Counted from the stretch's first letter, positions 8,755 to 19,062 are shown. The stretch is DNA of 33,178 bases from a virus (IMGVR_UViG_3300028498_000046:1-33178); one strand, 5' to 3'. Numbers and translations: made by a program. Notes: generated by a model not told the origin, from the letters alone.

Positions 8755-9017
8755 AGACCCAATAAGGGTGCAAAAATCCCGATGAGCCACAGCGCCACCG
8801 CTACTTTTAGCACGTCCTCTCTCTTCATCTTTGAATGCTTAGCGACCGCTATAAACACGAATGGAATACATAAGACCCCAGCCGCAGCGGTAGCTATAAA
8901 ACCCACTATCCCAACCGCATGTTCGACAAAAAAAGAATAGTAAGCATTAACGAGTAGCGCGATGCCAATCAATGAGCTGAGTGAATATAAACCATACTTG
9001 ACAACATTCTCTTTCAC
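8751..9017 (-). CDS. Small integral membrane protein (three hydrophobic segments)
   Basis: 88 aa, GTG start with GAGGTGAG RBS. Confidence 0.75.
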   Translation of the reverse strand: MKENVVKYGLYSLSSLIGIALLVNAYYSFFVEHAVGIVGFIATAAAGVLCIPFVFIAVAKHSKMKREDVLKVAVALWLIGIFAPLLGL

Positions 9018-9046
9018 GACTCACCTCTACTTTATTAGTTTAACCG

Positions 9047-9075
9047 ACTATAACCAAACCAATGCCGCTTAGCAA
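9047..9075 (-). promoter_or_regulatory. Putative sigma70 promoter for the membrane protein/Excalibur pair
   Basis: Minus strand TTGCTA-17 nt-TATAGT, ~30 nt upstream of GTG 9017. Confidence 0.55.
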
Positions 9076-9110
9076 TTCAAATAAATGGCGTTATAATGAG
9101 GTTTACCCTG

Positions 9111-12100
9111 TTACGTGCCAGCCAATTCCTCCTGTCTTAATGCTAGGCTGTCCTGTATATTCTGGCGCTCAGCACTGCCAAAGTCTTTACGCTCGACGCG
9201 CTTCTCTGCTGACTTTTCAATCTTGTCGATATCAACATTAAAGTGCTCAGCGTTACGCTCATTCCATGCGTCCATCTCGTTATACAGTGCATCGACACGC
9301 GCATCGTCATCTTGATAGATAGCCTCTGCTAAGTGTTTGCTAAAGTAATCCGTCTTAGCCTTCAGCATGTTTTTCATATCATAAGCGTTACTACGGTCAC
9401 GCCCTGGTCTTGCGTTATTGGCAGGGTTAAAGGCCAACGACTTAATCACGGCATCGGTTTTATCCAAGTCCATGATCTTATCACCTTTGGTGTTACGGTA
9501 TGATCCAGTCAATGCAATCTCAGCACCTGACGCCGCATCACGAATATAACGAGGTGACGCCGTGATAAGTGCGTCTTTATACTTCCCATCGGCGGCCATT
9601 GACGCGGCTGAAAAGAAACTCTCGTAAAACCCTGACGACGCACCCAATATTTCAGCCCAGTCGGTAGGCCCTGGTCTAATCACATCAGTACCGGGAATAA
9701 CATTACCCAGACTTGAACGACCATGAATATCAATACGACCCTTCTCACTGGCAATCCCATACATCAGCGCGTCGGCATTACTCTTACCTAGCAGTCCTTC
9801 TAAATAATCAGGCAAGTTAAATGCTTTACCAAACACGCGATAAGCAATACCTTCAAACAGATCGCGTAAGTCATCAGCGAACGGTAAGCCCAACATGCCA
9901 GCCAAGGCAAATTGCCACATCATCGCTACTGCCAGCGCTTTAACTTCTTTGTCTCGACCGTGGCGTATCATCTGCTCAGTATAGTTAATCGTGAACTGTT
10001 TAAACACGAGGATTAATGGGCCATACTGACCAAGCTTGCCGTTACCGCGTGCCAGCCCTGAACGGTTCGCTTTGTTATAGATGCCCTGCGTCTGCTGGAT
10101 GATTGATACCGCAAAGTCGTAGTCGCTATCAAACCCCTTTGCTTTTAATTTAGCGGCGCCCATATCTTTCGCTACCCTAAAAGCGGCAATCATAGTGCTA
10201 CGGCGGTTGATCGATTCCGATACTTCGGCAGGCCAGCCAGCGGCGGCTTCAATATTACCCCACACGCCACTCGCCACCCCGCCTTTACCTCGTTCAAGCC
10301 CTTTAATCATGTAGATATTTTGCGGATCAAGATGCCCTTCTCGCGCCATGCGTAAGTAATCTTCTTTTTTTACCCACGCTGGCAGGCTATCTTCAAAACC
10401 TTTCCAATTTGGTGTTGGCAGTCCGGTCGCTTTTTTACCCATATTAATGGCAGACGCGCCCATATTTTTACTAACGATACCAAGTGCTTGCGCCATATAA
10501 GCATGGCCCTTGCCAGCGCCTACATAAGCAGTCAGTTTGGGTATGGTCTGGGTAAATGGCTGCGTTAAGTTTAAGAATAAAAACGCTGGTGAGAAGCCCA
10601 TAAAGTAATGAAACATAAGACTTCTTTGCTGAGCGAACTCCTCTTGCGGGTTTTCCATATTCTCAAAGACTTTCTGCGCCTCATTCTGCAAATTGCCGTC
10701 CTCAATGTTTTGTATTGAGCGTTCAATCTCATTGTTGTATAGGCTGCGCCCACTGTAGCGGGCATTACTCATCACGAATGATGACAGTACGCGTGGCATA
10801 TCCTCACTATAACCAGGAACTTTCTTACGATGAATCAGGCGTTTTAGTGCACTACGATCACTGACCGCAATCTTTAAGTACGCTTGATAAGCGCCATCAT
10901 CATCTAAGCCAAGTTCAGCGGCAAATAGCTGCACCGTTTCAGGAGATAAGCCTTTATCCTTAAACTGCTTAAATCCTTCTGGATTCAGCGTGCCAGTGCC
11001 GATGGTAAACTGGCTCTCATCGTAGCGCTCTTTTAACTCTTTGATAGCCTTACGCTGCTGACCTTTGGTTTCGTATAACTCGAACAAGTCTAAGTCATTC
11101 GATACTTTATCGCGCACCTCTACCGCATAGTGGCCAAAACGCATCAGCGGTGCATAACCATCTTCAACCAGCTTGTCATACTTGCCAGCGACCGCATTCA
11201 TCACATCAAACACGGCATCCAACTGCTTCTGCATACGTGCTTCAGCTTTTGGTGTAATTAACCCGCCCTTGGCTAGCTTCTCAAGCTCATCCGTCATGTG
11301 CTGCTGAAGCATAAGATTATGGCCAATAGGTGGCAGCCCTGCCAACTTTAACCTTTGCACAGTAGGAAGGCTGACTAGTTTTGTACCTTTAGCTAATGCA
11401 GACAGCGTATCGACCGTCATATTTAATACCGAGCCATCAATTGCCTGACGCGCTCTGCGGTAAAGATTAATATCCTTATCAGTTAAATCAAACATCGTTT
11501 GCAGCTCGTTATCATCCCACACCTTGTCTGCCATGGTGCCGTCAAAAATTGCTTTTGAAACACGCTCCATCGCTTCTTTTTTCTTACCAACGACTAGGCG
11601 CGTGTCCCATATCTCAGGTAGGTATGTTTGCACCAACCCTGCCTCGTTATTCTCATAAGCGATGCGCGCCTGCACGTTGTCCGTAAATATTTTAAACACT
11701 GGATTAAGTAGCGCAACATGCTGCGGTGTTGCCAAGTGGCGTCTAAGTAGCAGATTAACCCCAAACTTAGACGACATGGTAGTCGCTTGTGCAAGCGCCA
11801 CTCTGTCTCGTGCTTTTTCTTTAGCGGTGACTGGCTTGCCGTCGGTACCAAGGCTTGAATAGCGTCGGCTGAACCTGATATCAGGATTTGAGCTATCAAA
11901 CGTGCCAGCGTTGTCGGTGGCTGATTTAACTTGGTTAGCATCTAACACCATGACTTCTAAGTTATCAGCGCCATTATCTAACACCACGCTGTCATGACCG
12001 TTATCTATGAGGTACTGCGTGAACTCTTCTGCTTCCGCTTTACCACCATCACGGATCATGTTTTTTAAGCTTTGGGTAGCAACAAAGGGATTGCGCGCAT

Positions 12101-15100
12101 TAAGATACACGTTCATTACGCTAAGCCCAGCGTCACCCTTTTTATTAAAAGCATAAAGGCGAGCTAATGGCTCATTTGTTGCAAAATAATGGCCTACACC
12201 TAGCCAACCAAAGTCTTTCTTGTTGGCGTGCGCATTATCAAATATAAAGAACTTGTCTCGTGTACCGTGTGAAAGCACACGTGGCTCGCCGGTCTCAGGG
12301 TCTAAATTGAAAATTCTCTGCGGATTATGTTTGCTGCTATTAGGGCTGTCGGATTGCCGCTTGTTTCCAGTATCTCTACTGTCTCTCTCGCCATTACTCC
12401 TGGTGTCATCCATGCTTCTTGTGATAGCTTCATTGGGCTTTCCTCTTTTATCCTGTCTAACTCCTCTATCTGCTCGCTCGTTAAGTCCAGTAGCGTTTTC
12501 GGTTCTTTGTCCATTTTCCCAATCTCCAAACCAGTTTTTGAATGAAGGCGTGCGTACCTGTAACCATTGTAGTTCAGTTAATTTACTTGGTAAACCATTA
12601 GGTGCCTTCATCCAACTGTCTGTACCTTCGTACTGTTTGCGCACTGCATCGACTTGTGACTGCGGTGCTGGCGCTTGGCTAAACTGCGCCTGTCCTGCTG
12701 GCATGTCATCAATACCAGCAATATTTAACGGGCTGGCTTCTTGATCAGATAAACGCTTAACCATGCGCTCAGCCAACTGAACGATATCATTAGGCGTCAT
12801 CTTTAACTGTACGCCAGTATGATTGCGAACCCATGCCCGCACGCCAGCCATAACGCGATTAACAAAGCGTTTAATGACTGCAAGCGGACCGCCACGCTCT
12901 GTTGCCTGCGCGTACTCAGTGATTAGGTACGGGATATATTCATCGCGTGCCTCACTTTCTGTATCGGTGACTGCCTCTGCTCGCTCCTTGGCTGCCACTG
13001 CATACTTGTTGCCAGACTTCACTAGGTTATCAAAGTTGGTCATGAGGCCCATGTAAGTTTGCGGCGCAAGCATCGATTGAATACCAGCATGACCGCCCAT
13101 TTCATGTAGTAGAGTAGCGATGGCATTGTCAGCGGTTAGGTTGTCTGCAATCAGCGTTACCTTGCCGTCGTAGTAAAACCCTTCCGCATCACTTGGGATA
13201 AGCAATCGACCATCGGCATTAACAAAATCGTTGAGGGTGCGCACTCGTAACTTGCCAGACTTGACCAGGCTTGCGACCGCTTCTTTGCCGAAGCGCTTTT
13301 GCAATGCGCCAATAATTTGCTGGCTAGTGGTGCCGGTTACACCTTTGGCTGGGTTGGTTGTTATGCTTTCGGCTGCTTGCTTCATCTGTCCGGCGCGGCT
13401 AAATAATATTTTGCCGTTACCACCTTCTGAGGCTTTGCTGTCGATGGTGGCGAATAGGTTATCAAACGCCTCTACAACGGGTGCCATCTCACTCTCTAGC
13501 AAGTACGGATATCTATCCATGTTTCTAGGAAAGGCATTCTCTGGCGTGACGTTGGCTAGGAAGTCGCTGCGTGCGCCTTGCTGCTCTAACTTATGAATAA
13601 TATAACTCTCAAAACTACGTGCCGCACGTTCGATAATGCGTGACCAATAACCATCGGGTGCGCCTTTATCGATGGTGGTTGCACGATCTTTCATGGGCGA
13701 ATCATTAAGCGAGTTAACCAAATCCGCAAAAGCTTCTTCAACTTTTGGGCGCACGCCCTCTGGATGACTTGGGTCGGGTGCCCAATTTTCAGCGGCGTAC
13801 ATTGGGTCATTGCTATTAGCTCTGCGCTTCTCAAGCGCTGGTTTGCTAATTAAATAACCTCTACCTTTTTGAGGTGTGTACATCATAGAAGGTTCAGGCT
13901 TATAGGTGATATAAGTATCTTCTCGCGACTTGTTTCTCGCTGGCGAATCACGGAATGATGTGAAGTGATGATCGAGTGCATGAAACCATTCATGCGCCAA
14001 CGTGCCAGCGCCTTTGGTTTTGGTTAGGTTAATCACCACTTGCGATGGTTCATAGTGCGCCATAGCACTGCCCTTGCCACGCGCACCAAAAGACATACCA
14101 AGCTTACCGCCTAGTCCGATAGCTTCAGATGGAATACCTAGCACGCCAGCCAAGTCCATGAAGGCGTCATAAGCATCATTAAGCATACCTTGACGGTCTT
14201 TACTATTTGCGCCTTGCTTAACCCAATTACCAAACTGACCACCACGCAAGCCGAACGCTTTCATGAATTGTTCGGTTGTTACATCTTGACCGCTTCGATG
14301 GTCGGGGCCAATGCGTTCACGGTTTTGTCTTGAACGTGTGTCAGTTTTTTTGACATTCACTTTTTCTTTGTGCTGCGCCCACAGCTCAGACAGATCGTTA
14401 TTATTTTCTTTCAGGAAAGCCCGGGCAGAATCTCTGTCGTTAAAGGTGATTAACGGCGTCTTATCTTTGTCACTGGTCTGCGTGATAAACCATGATTTAC
14501 TATCGCCACGACCGCGACTGTATAAATCAAATTTTAAAGTCGGTGTTTTTACCTCACCTGACAATAGCTCGTTTACCTTACTTACCACCTCTGATATTTG
14601 CTTATTGTCAGTAGGAATAACGTGGCGGCGCTTATCGATAGTGATATCAAAGCTCATATCAGGCGATGTGCTACCGTCGTCATTTTGAATGGCGTAGTAA
14701 GGGCGATGATCCACGGCGGTCACTCGTGCCCACTGGTCCTGCTCGATGGCAGATAGTAATTGCGCGTGATAGCCAGTAGTCTGCAAGCCCTTTACTTTGG
14801 TCATTTGCTCGATGAACTGCCCCACCAATGTATCGTCACCCATTATCTGCTGCATGATACCGCGTGCATTTTTGACCTGCTCTACCCAGTTATTGAGTTT
14901 GTAACCTTTGCGCGGCTTACTTGGTATAGTGCCACGCAAGACAGTAGCGAGAGCTGCCGTCTGCTTGTCTTCGATAGCCTCAATATCCTTCTTGGGCCAT
15001 ATCTTACTTAATGGCTGGCTAGAGATATCGTCATCAGTAATCTCTCTTTGATAGAACGACTCCATATCTTTACGCGCACCAGTTATCTTCTCGCCAAAGT

Positions 15101-18100
15101 CTTCAATCTCTGCGACTGTCTCAATAGACGTGGCTGGCTTGTCTGCTTTTTCGGCAGTAGGTTTTTTGGCTGCCTTTTCTTCGGATTTTTCGGGCGATGG
15201 CTGTTTGTCGGCCTCAACTTCTACGGCGGTGCTTTTGGTTTCGCTCGCTGTATTCGTGGTGACCATATCTTCACTTTGTACCGGCTTTAAATCCTCAGCA
15301 CTAGAAACCTTTTGATTGTCTTCTGACGCTTTATTCTTAACCGCCTTTTTCGCTGCGGCTCGCTTGGCGTTGGCGGATTGAGGCGCTTCAACCTCATTGT
15401 TCAAACCTAATGAGGCTGTATTAGCAAGCTTGCTTACCTCCGCCTCTTCAGCGGCTTTCTTAGCTGCTCTAACCTCTGCGTTAGCTTTAGCTACTGCACG
15501 ATAAGAGTCGTCCCTAGCTTTAGCAGCTACCTTGCCAGCATTGACCTCTATATCGGTGTGAAAGTCACCAGCCTTGTCGCTCTGACCTGCATCACCAACA
15601 TCAAAGAACTCGCCCGATGTAACCAATCTGCCAGCATCGTTATAAGATATACGCTGACCATCAGGCGCTTCATACACCGGCTTGCCATAAGCGTTTTCGC
15701 CGATGATGCTGTTTACTTGGCCACGACCATACTTCACGGTTGGTGGGTGGTTATTCGGATTGGAATAAGCAGGCGCTTTATTTTGAATTGTAAAGCCATC
15801 CTTCGACTGCACAATATCAACTGTAACAGGGTTAAGCTTGCGCTTCTTGATAGCGGCTCTAGCGGCAGATTTACTCTTATATGCCGTCGTCTGGTCTGCT
15901 GGCTCAGTGGTGCTGACATTAACCACAGGTGTTGCTGGTTTGCTTGCAATAGGTGCTGGAGTATCAATGACAGGATTTTGCTCTGTGAGCTCGATAGGGT
16001 CTGTTGATATTGACTCAGTATCAATTGGTTCTGGCTGCTGCTCTTGCATTGGCGCGGTTGATTCGTCTGCTTGCTCAACCGGTTGTTTGCCTGCCTCTAC
16101 AATTGCATAGCCATCCGCTACTTCCATGATGCTGACCGACTTTGGGTCAATCTTTTGCTTTTTAATGGCAGCGCGTGCCAGCGGCTTGCTTTTATAAACC
16201 TCCTGCTTATCTGCTTCCGCTTGTTCGGTTGCGATTTCAATAGGTGCTGTCATGTCTGTGGTTTTGGTTGCGCCCGGGGCTGGGATATTGATGACTGGGT
16301 TTTCATCAGTTAACTGGGTCGGATTCGTCCAGCCTACCTTCTCACTTATTGTTTCATGAACCACCCTGTTGACTTCAGGCTGTGGCAATCCTGCGTCTTC
16401 AGCGCGCTTCTGTGCATCAAGCATAGCTTGTGGGTCGCGCCCATAGTTATTAGCAATATCGTCTTTGAGGTTATCAAGTGTATAGCTAGTAGATTCCTGC
16501 TCTACTACTGGTTGCTGTGCTGGCATGGTTAAACCATTGGCGGTAGGTGCGATTTCTTGCGGCTGCTCGATTGTTGGCGCAGTAACTTGTTCATCTGTCT
16601 GCGCCACTGCGCCTTCACGACTTTGTCGCACTCTCGTTAGGCTGTCAGTGAACCACTGGTGCAACTCTTTTTGCACGCCCTCTGGCATAGACTGCCAGTC
16701 AGACTTAGCGACGTTCTGTTCTATCTCACCACCAAACGCCTCAGCGATTGCCTTTGCTTTGGCTGTCGCTGGCAAGCTACTATCCCAAAAACGTGCCAGC
16801 TTAAACGGCGCGCCATCAGCACCCACGATAGTAGTATCAAACGATTCATTTTCATAAGGCTGTGCAAGCTGCTCGCGTGTCGATAGCAACTCATCTTCTT
16901 TGGCACGATCAGCTTCGCGCTGTTCAATTTTTTGCGCGACAGCTTGTTTTTCTGCATCAGTAGTAGCGGCTTGCGCCTCTTGCTGTAACTGACCGTCGAT
17001 TTGCTGCTGTTTTGCGCGCTCACTAGCGATGTAATCATTAATACCTGCGGTAGCGCCTTTGATGCTTTCTTGCTGCTGTGCGAACGCTGTGTCCTGTTCT
17101 GTGGCTGCGGCTCGACTAACCACGCCTGACAGTCCTTGCTTACCTTCACCGCGCTTGCTGTCGTACCAGCTTTGGGCGGCTGCAATTGATTCCTCTAATG
17201 GCTTCTCACTGCTACCGTCTTCAATCGCCTCATCAAGCGCTGCTTGCTCTGCAATAAGCTCAGCAATCTGTGCGTCTTGGGCATCAAGCTCTTTTTCGCT
17301 CAATACTGGTGCGGCTGGCGTTGCTTGCGGGGCTGGCGTGCCGTCTGGGTTTAATGCGTTTTCAAAGCCTTGGTCATCCAGTTCAGTAGCGCCATCGACT
17401 TGACCGTCAAATTCGGTTGCCGTGCTATTGGTTGGTTCAATACGTGGTGCGCGACGTGCCAGCGAGGTGCGAGGAATACTTGCCTTTTCTGCCTCTGCTG
17501 CCATGGCATCAAGTGCGGCGCGAGTTTCTTCCACACGCGCCGTTAGTGCCTGACCTTCTGGTGATCGTGGCGATACAGCTTCAATCTGCTGTTGCAGCTG
17601 CGGTATTTGTCCGGCAACTTCAGCATAAGCTTGCTGTGCGGTCTTTAAATCATCTTGCGCTTGCTGTAGTTTTGAGTTGCGTGTGCCAACATAGACACTG
17701 CCGCCCATTACACCGCCTAAGATACCGCCCATCAGCATCGCTTCCTTAAGCTGCGGCTGATTTATCTTGTCTTTTACCCCTACATCAACGGCAGCTTGCT
17801 GTGCTTTATAATCGGTATAACCTTCTTGCAGCGCCTCTTCTGCGACGTTCAGTCCAACAATACCAGCACCAACGGCAGCGGGGATAGCAACCCTTGCCAC
17901 CTTGCCAGCGTCAGCTTTGACCGCCAATGTGTTAAATACTTTTTGCCCCCACTTGCTGACAGCGCCACCAGCGGCGCGGTTGGCAGTAAATGAGCCAACA
18001 CCCGGCGCAAGCATACTAAGCGCCAGTGTCGCAAGACCAACAGCATCACCTGATTCTTCTGCAATACTACTGATTGTCTGGTCGCGTGATTTTTGGTGCG

Positions 18101-19055
18101 CTTCTTCTTCACTCATGCCGTCTTTAATATTTTTATCAAAGTGACCTTTGTAAATATCTTTTGATCGTACTGCTGTGGCTAGTTGCTCGGGTGTGGCGTT
18201 CTCTAACTCTTGCTTGGTGCTATCATTACCATCGCCATAAGCTTGTGGGTACATGGTTGCAGCTGCTGTACCGTAGGCAGTGGCGGCAGTCATCTTCGCG
18301 CCTGCGCCTGCCAGCTGCGCACCTTTTGCAGCGGCGCCGGCACCCGTAAAGCTTAAGGCAAGGTTTGGTATTTGTTCGATAGCGGATAGTGTTAGATTTT
18401 CGGTAAACGATCCGTTTTGCTGGGTATCAGCATAGGCTGGATAGACTTGTTGTAAGTTATCCTCGTGGCGCTCTAACGCCTTAGCGCCGCGGTCGAAGAT
18501 TCCACCGTCGTCATTTTCACCTACGTCAGCGGCAAGCTGTAATGGATAACGCAATGCTCTTGATGTACCAGTAGCGAGCGCGCCAGCCGCTTCCTCAGCT
18601 ACATCACGCCCAACGCTTGCGGCTGATTGTATTTTAGCTGTGTTGTTGCGTAGAGATTCTTTTTGGGTGTAACGATTATCAACTTGGCGTTGTGTCTGGC
18701 CTTTTTGGCGTAACGTACCTAGTTGCTGGTAGGCTTTAGCTTTCGCTGCCTGTAAACCTTGGTGGTTTTTATTATAAAGACTGTCGTAGGTCTCCTGATA
18801 CTTCGGACTACCTGGCTTTAACTTAGGGGCGATTCTTTGTAGTTCCTGCTTGAGCTTGACCTCAACCTTTGGCTTCCAAGTCTCATTTTCCCACTTGCGC
18901 AAGGCTGCTGCTGCGACTTTTTTATCTTCATTGGCATAGCTTTTATTGGTGACAGCATCGACGCCTTTTGATACGACGTTACGTCCATCGCGTGATTTAC
19001 GCTGCGTATCAACGGCAGACTTGGCAATACCTAATAGTGTTTTATCTAAGCTCAT
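9111..19055 (-). CDS. Giant polyvalent virion ejection/internal protein (LPD5/LPD1-like, HExxH metallopeptidase-like, ART-PolyVal-like, PLxRFG domain)
   Basis: 3314 aa. Gly/Ala-rich hydrophobic N-terminal region; IEDFGEKITGARKD (~15066-15110); FGLRGGQFGNW...AHEWFHALD (HEWFH 13980-13994); LLHEMGGHAG (13089-13106); VRTPSFKNWFGDW...HGT...GHYF...EVMV...QVKSATDNAGTFD (~11866-12614); YAPLMRFG (11133-11150). Confidence 0.85.
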   Translation of the reverse strand: MSLDKTLLGIAKSAVDTQRKSRDGRNVVSKGVDAVTNKSYANEDKKVAAAALRKWENETWKPKVEVKLKQELQRIAPKLKPGSPKYQETYDSLYNKNHQGLQAAKAKAYQQLGTLRQKGQTQRQVDNRYTQKESLRNNTAKIQSAASVGRDVAEEAAGALATGTSRALRYPLQLAADVGENDDGGIFDRGAKALERHEDNLQQVYPAYADTQQNGSFTENLTLSAIEQIPNLALSFTGAGAAAKGAQLAGAGAKMTAATAYGTAAATMYPQAYGDGNDSTKQELENATPEQLATAVRSKDIYKGHFDKNIKDGMSEEEAHQKSRDQTISSIAEESGDAVGLATLALSMLAPGVGSFTANRAAGGAVSKWGQKVFNTLAVKADAGKVARVAIPAAVGAGIVGLNVAEEALQEGYTDYKAQQAAVDVGVKDKINQPQLKEAMLMGGILGGVMGGSVYVGTRNSKLQQAQDDLKTAQQAYAEVAGQIPQLQQQIEAVSPRSPEGQALTARVEETRAALDAMAAEAEKASIPRTSLARRAPRIEPTNSTATEFDGQVDGATELDDQGFENALNPDGTPAPQATPAAPVLSEKELDAQDAQIAELIAEQAALDEAIEDGSSEKPLEESIAAAQSWYDSKRGEGKQGLSGVVSRAAATEQDTAFAQQQESIKGATAGINDYIASERAKQQQIDGQLQQEAQAATTDAEKQAVAQKIEQREADRAKEDELLSTREQLAQPYENESFDTTIVGADGAPFKLARFWDSSLPATAKAKAIAEAFGGEIEQNVAKSDWQSMPEGVQKELHQWFTDSLTRVRQSREGAVAQTDEQVTAPTIEQPQEIAPTANGLTMPAQQPVVEQESTSYTLDNLKDDIANNYGRDPQAMLDAQKRAEDAGLPQPEVNRVVHETISEKVGWTNPTQLTDENPVINIPAPGATKTTDMTAPIEIATEQAEADKQEVYKSKPLARAAIKKQKIDPKSVSIMEVADGYAIVEAGKQPVEQADESTAPMQEQQPEPIDTESISTDPIELTEQNPVIDTPAPIASKPATPVVNVSTTEPADQTTAYKSKSAARAAIKKRKLNPVTVDIVQSKDGFTIQNKAPAYSNPNNHPPTVKYGRGQVNSIIGENAYGKPVYEAPDGQRISYNDAGRLVTSGEFFDVGDAGQSDKAGDFHTDIEVNAGKVAAKARDDSYRAVAKANAEVRAAKKAAEEAEVSKLANTASLGLNNEVEAPQSANAKRAAAKKAVKNKASEDNQKVSSAEDLKPVQSEDMVTTNTASETKSTAVEVEADKQPSPEKSEEKAAKKPTAEKADKPATSIETVAEIEDFGEKITGARKDMESFYQREITDDDISSQPLSKIWPKKDIEAIEDKQTAALATVLRGTIPSKPRKGYKLNNWVEQVKNARGIMQQIMGDDTLVGQFIEQMTKVKGLQTTGYHAQLLSAIEQDQWARVTAVDHRPYYAIQNDDGSTSPDMSFDITIDKRRHVIPTDNKQISEVVSKVNELLSGEVKTPTLKFDLYSRGRGDSKSWFITQTSDKDKTPLITFNDRDSARAFLKENNNDLSELWAQHKEKVNVKKTDTRSRQNRERIGPDHRSGQDVTTEQFMKAFGLRGGQFGNWVKQGANSKDRQGMLNDAYDAFMDLAGVLGIPSEAIGLGGKLGMSFGARGKGSAMAHYEPSQVVINLTKTKGAGTLAHEWFHALDHHFTSFRDSPARNKSREDTYITYKPEPSMMYTPQKGRGYLISKPALEKRRANSNDPMYAAENWAPDPSHPEGVRPKVEEAFADLVNSLNDSPMKDRATTIDKGAPDGYWSRIIERAARSFESYIIHKLEQQGARSDFLANVTPENAFPRNMDRYPYLLESEMAPVVEAFDNLFATIDSKASEGGNGKILFSRAGQMKQAAESITTNPAKGVTGTTSQQIIGALQKRFGKEAVASLVKSGKLRVRTLNDFVNADGRLLIPSDAEGFYYDGKVTLIADNLTADNAIATLLHEMGGHAGIQSMLAPQTYMGLMTNFDNLVKSGNKYAVAAKERAEAVTDTESEARDEYIPYLITEYAQATERGGPLAVIKRFVNRVMAGVRAWVRNHTGVQLKMTPNDIVQLAERMVKRLSDQEASPLNIAGIDDMPAGQAQFSQAPAPQSQVDAVRKQYEGTDSWMKAPNGLPSKLTELQWLQVRTPSFKNWFGDWENGQRTENATGLNERADRGVRQDKRGKPNEAITRSMDDTRSNGERDSRDTGNKRQSDSPNSSKHNPQRIFNLDPETGEPRVLSHGTRDKFFIFDNAHANKKDFGWLGVGHYFATNEPLARLYAFNKKGDAGLSVMNVYLNARNPFVATQSLKNMIRDGGKAEAEEFTQYLIDNGHDSVVLDNGADNLEVMVLDANQVKSATDNAGTFDSSNPDIRFSRRYSSLGTDGKPVTAKEKARDRVALAQATTMSSKFGVNLLLRRHLATPQHVALLNPVFKIFTDNVQARIAYENNEAGLVQTYLPEIWDTRLVVGKKKEAMERVSKAIFDGTMADKVWDDNELQTMFDLTDKDINLYRRARQAIDGSVLNMTVDTLSALAKGTKLVSLPTVQRLKLAGLPPIGHNLMLQQHMTDELEKLAKGGLITPKAEARMQKQLDAVFDVMNAVAGKYDKLVEDGYAPLMRFGHYAVEVRDKVSNDLDLFELYETKGQQRKAIKELKERYDESQFTIGTGTLNPEGFKQFKDKGLSPETVQLFAAELGLDDDGAYQAYLKIAVSDRSALKRLIHRKKVPGYSEDMPRVLSSFVMSNARYSGRSLYNNEIERSIQNIEDGNLQNEAQKVFENMENPQEEFAQQRSLMFHYFMGFSPAFLFLNLTQPFTQTIPKLTAYVGAGKGHAYMAQALGIVSKNMGASAINMGKKATGLPTPNWKGFEDSLPAWVKKEDYLRMAREGHLDPQNIYMIKGLERGKGGVASGVWGNIEAAAGWPAEVSESINRRSTMIAAFRVAKDMGAAKLKAKGFDSDYDFAVSIIQQTQGIYNKANRSGLARGNGKLGQYGPLILVFKQFTINYTEQMIRHGRDKEVKALAVAMMWQFALAGMLGLPFADDLRDLFEGIAYRVFGKAFNLPDYLEGLLGKSNADALMYGIASEKGRIDIHGRSSLGNVIPGTDVIRPGPTDWAEILGASSGFYESFFSAASMAADGKYKDALITASPRYIRDAASGAEIALTGSYRNTKGDKIMDLDKTDAVIKSLAFNPANNARPGRDRSNAYDMKNMLKAKTDYFSKHLAEAIYQDDDARVDALYNEMDAWNERNAEHFNVDIDKIEKSAEKRVERKDFGSAERQNIQDSLALRQEELAGT
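12302..12514 (-). CDS. Candidate overprinted 70-aa protein nested in the ART domain of the giant gene
   Basis: Alternative frame MDKEPKTLLDLTSEQIEELDRIKEE...ALIAANIIRREFSI. GGAG lies 9 nt before the ATG. Limits coincide with a low-complexity insertion in the host frame. Confidence 0.5.
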   Translation of the reverse strand: MDKEPKTLLDLTSEQIEELDRIKEESPMKLSQEAWMTPGVMARETVEILETSGNPTALIAANIIRREFSI

Positions 19056-19062
19056 ATTGTAT

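Noticed and set aside
9115-19027. Numerous short overlapping ORFs within the giant gene other than 12302-12514
   Set aside because: Antisense or off-frame shadows with biased composition, lacking RBS and not coinciding with any domain insertion.
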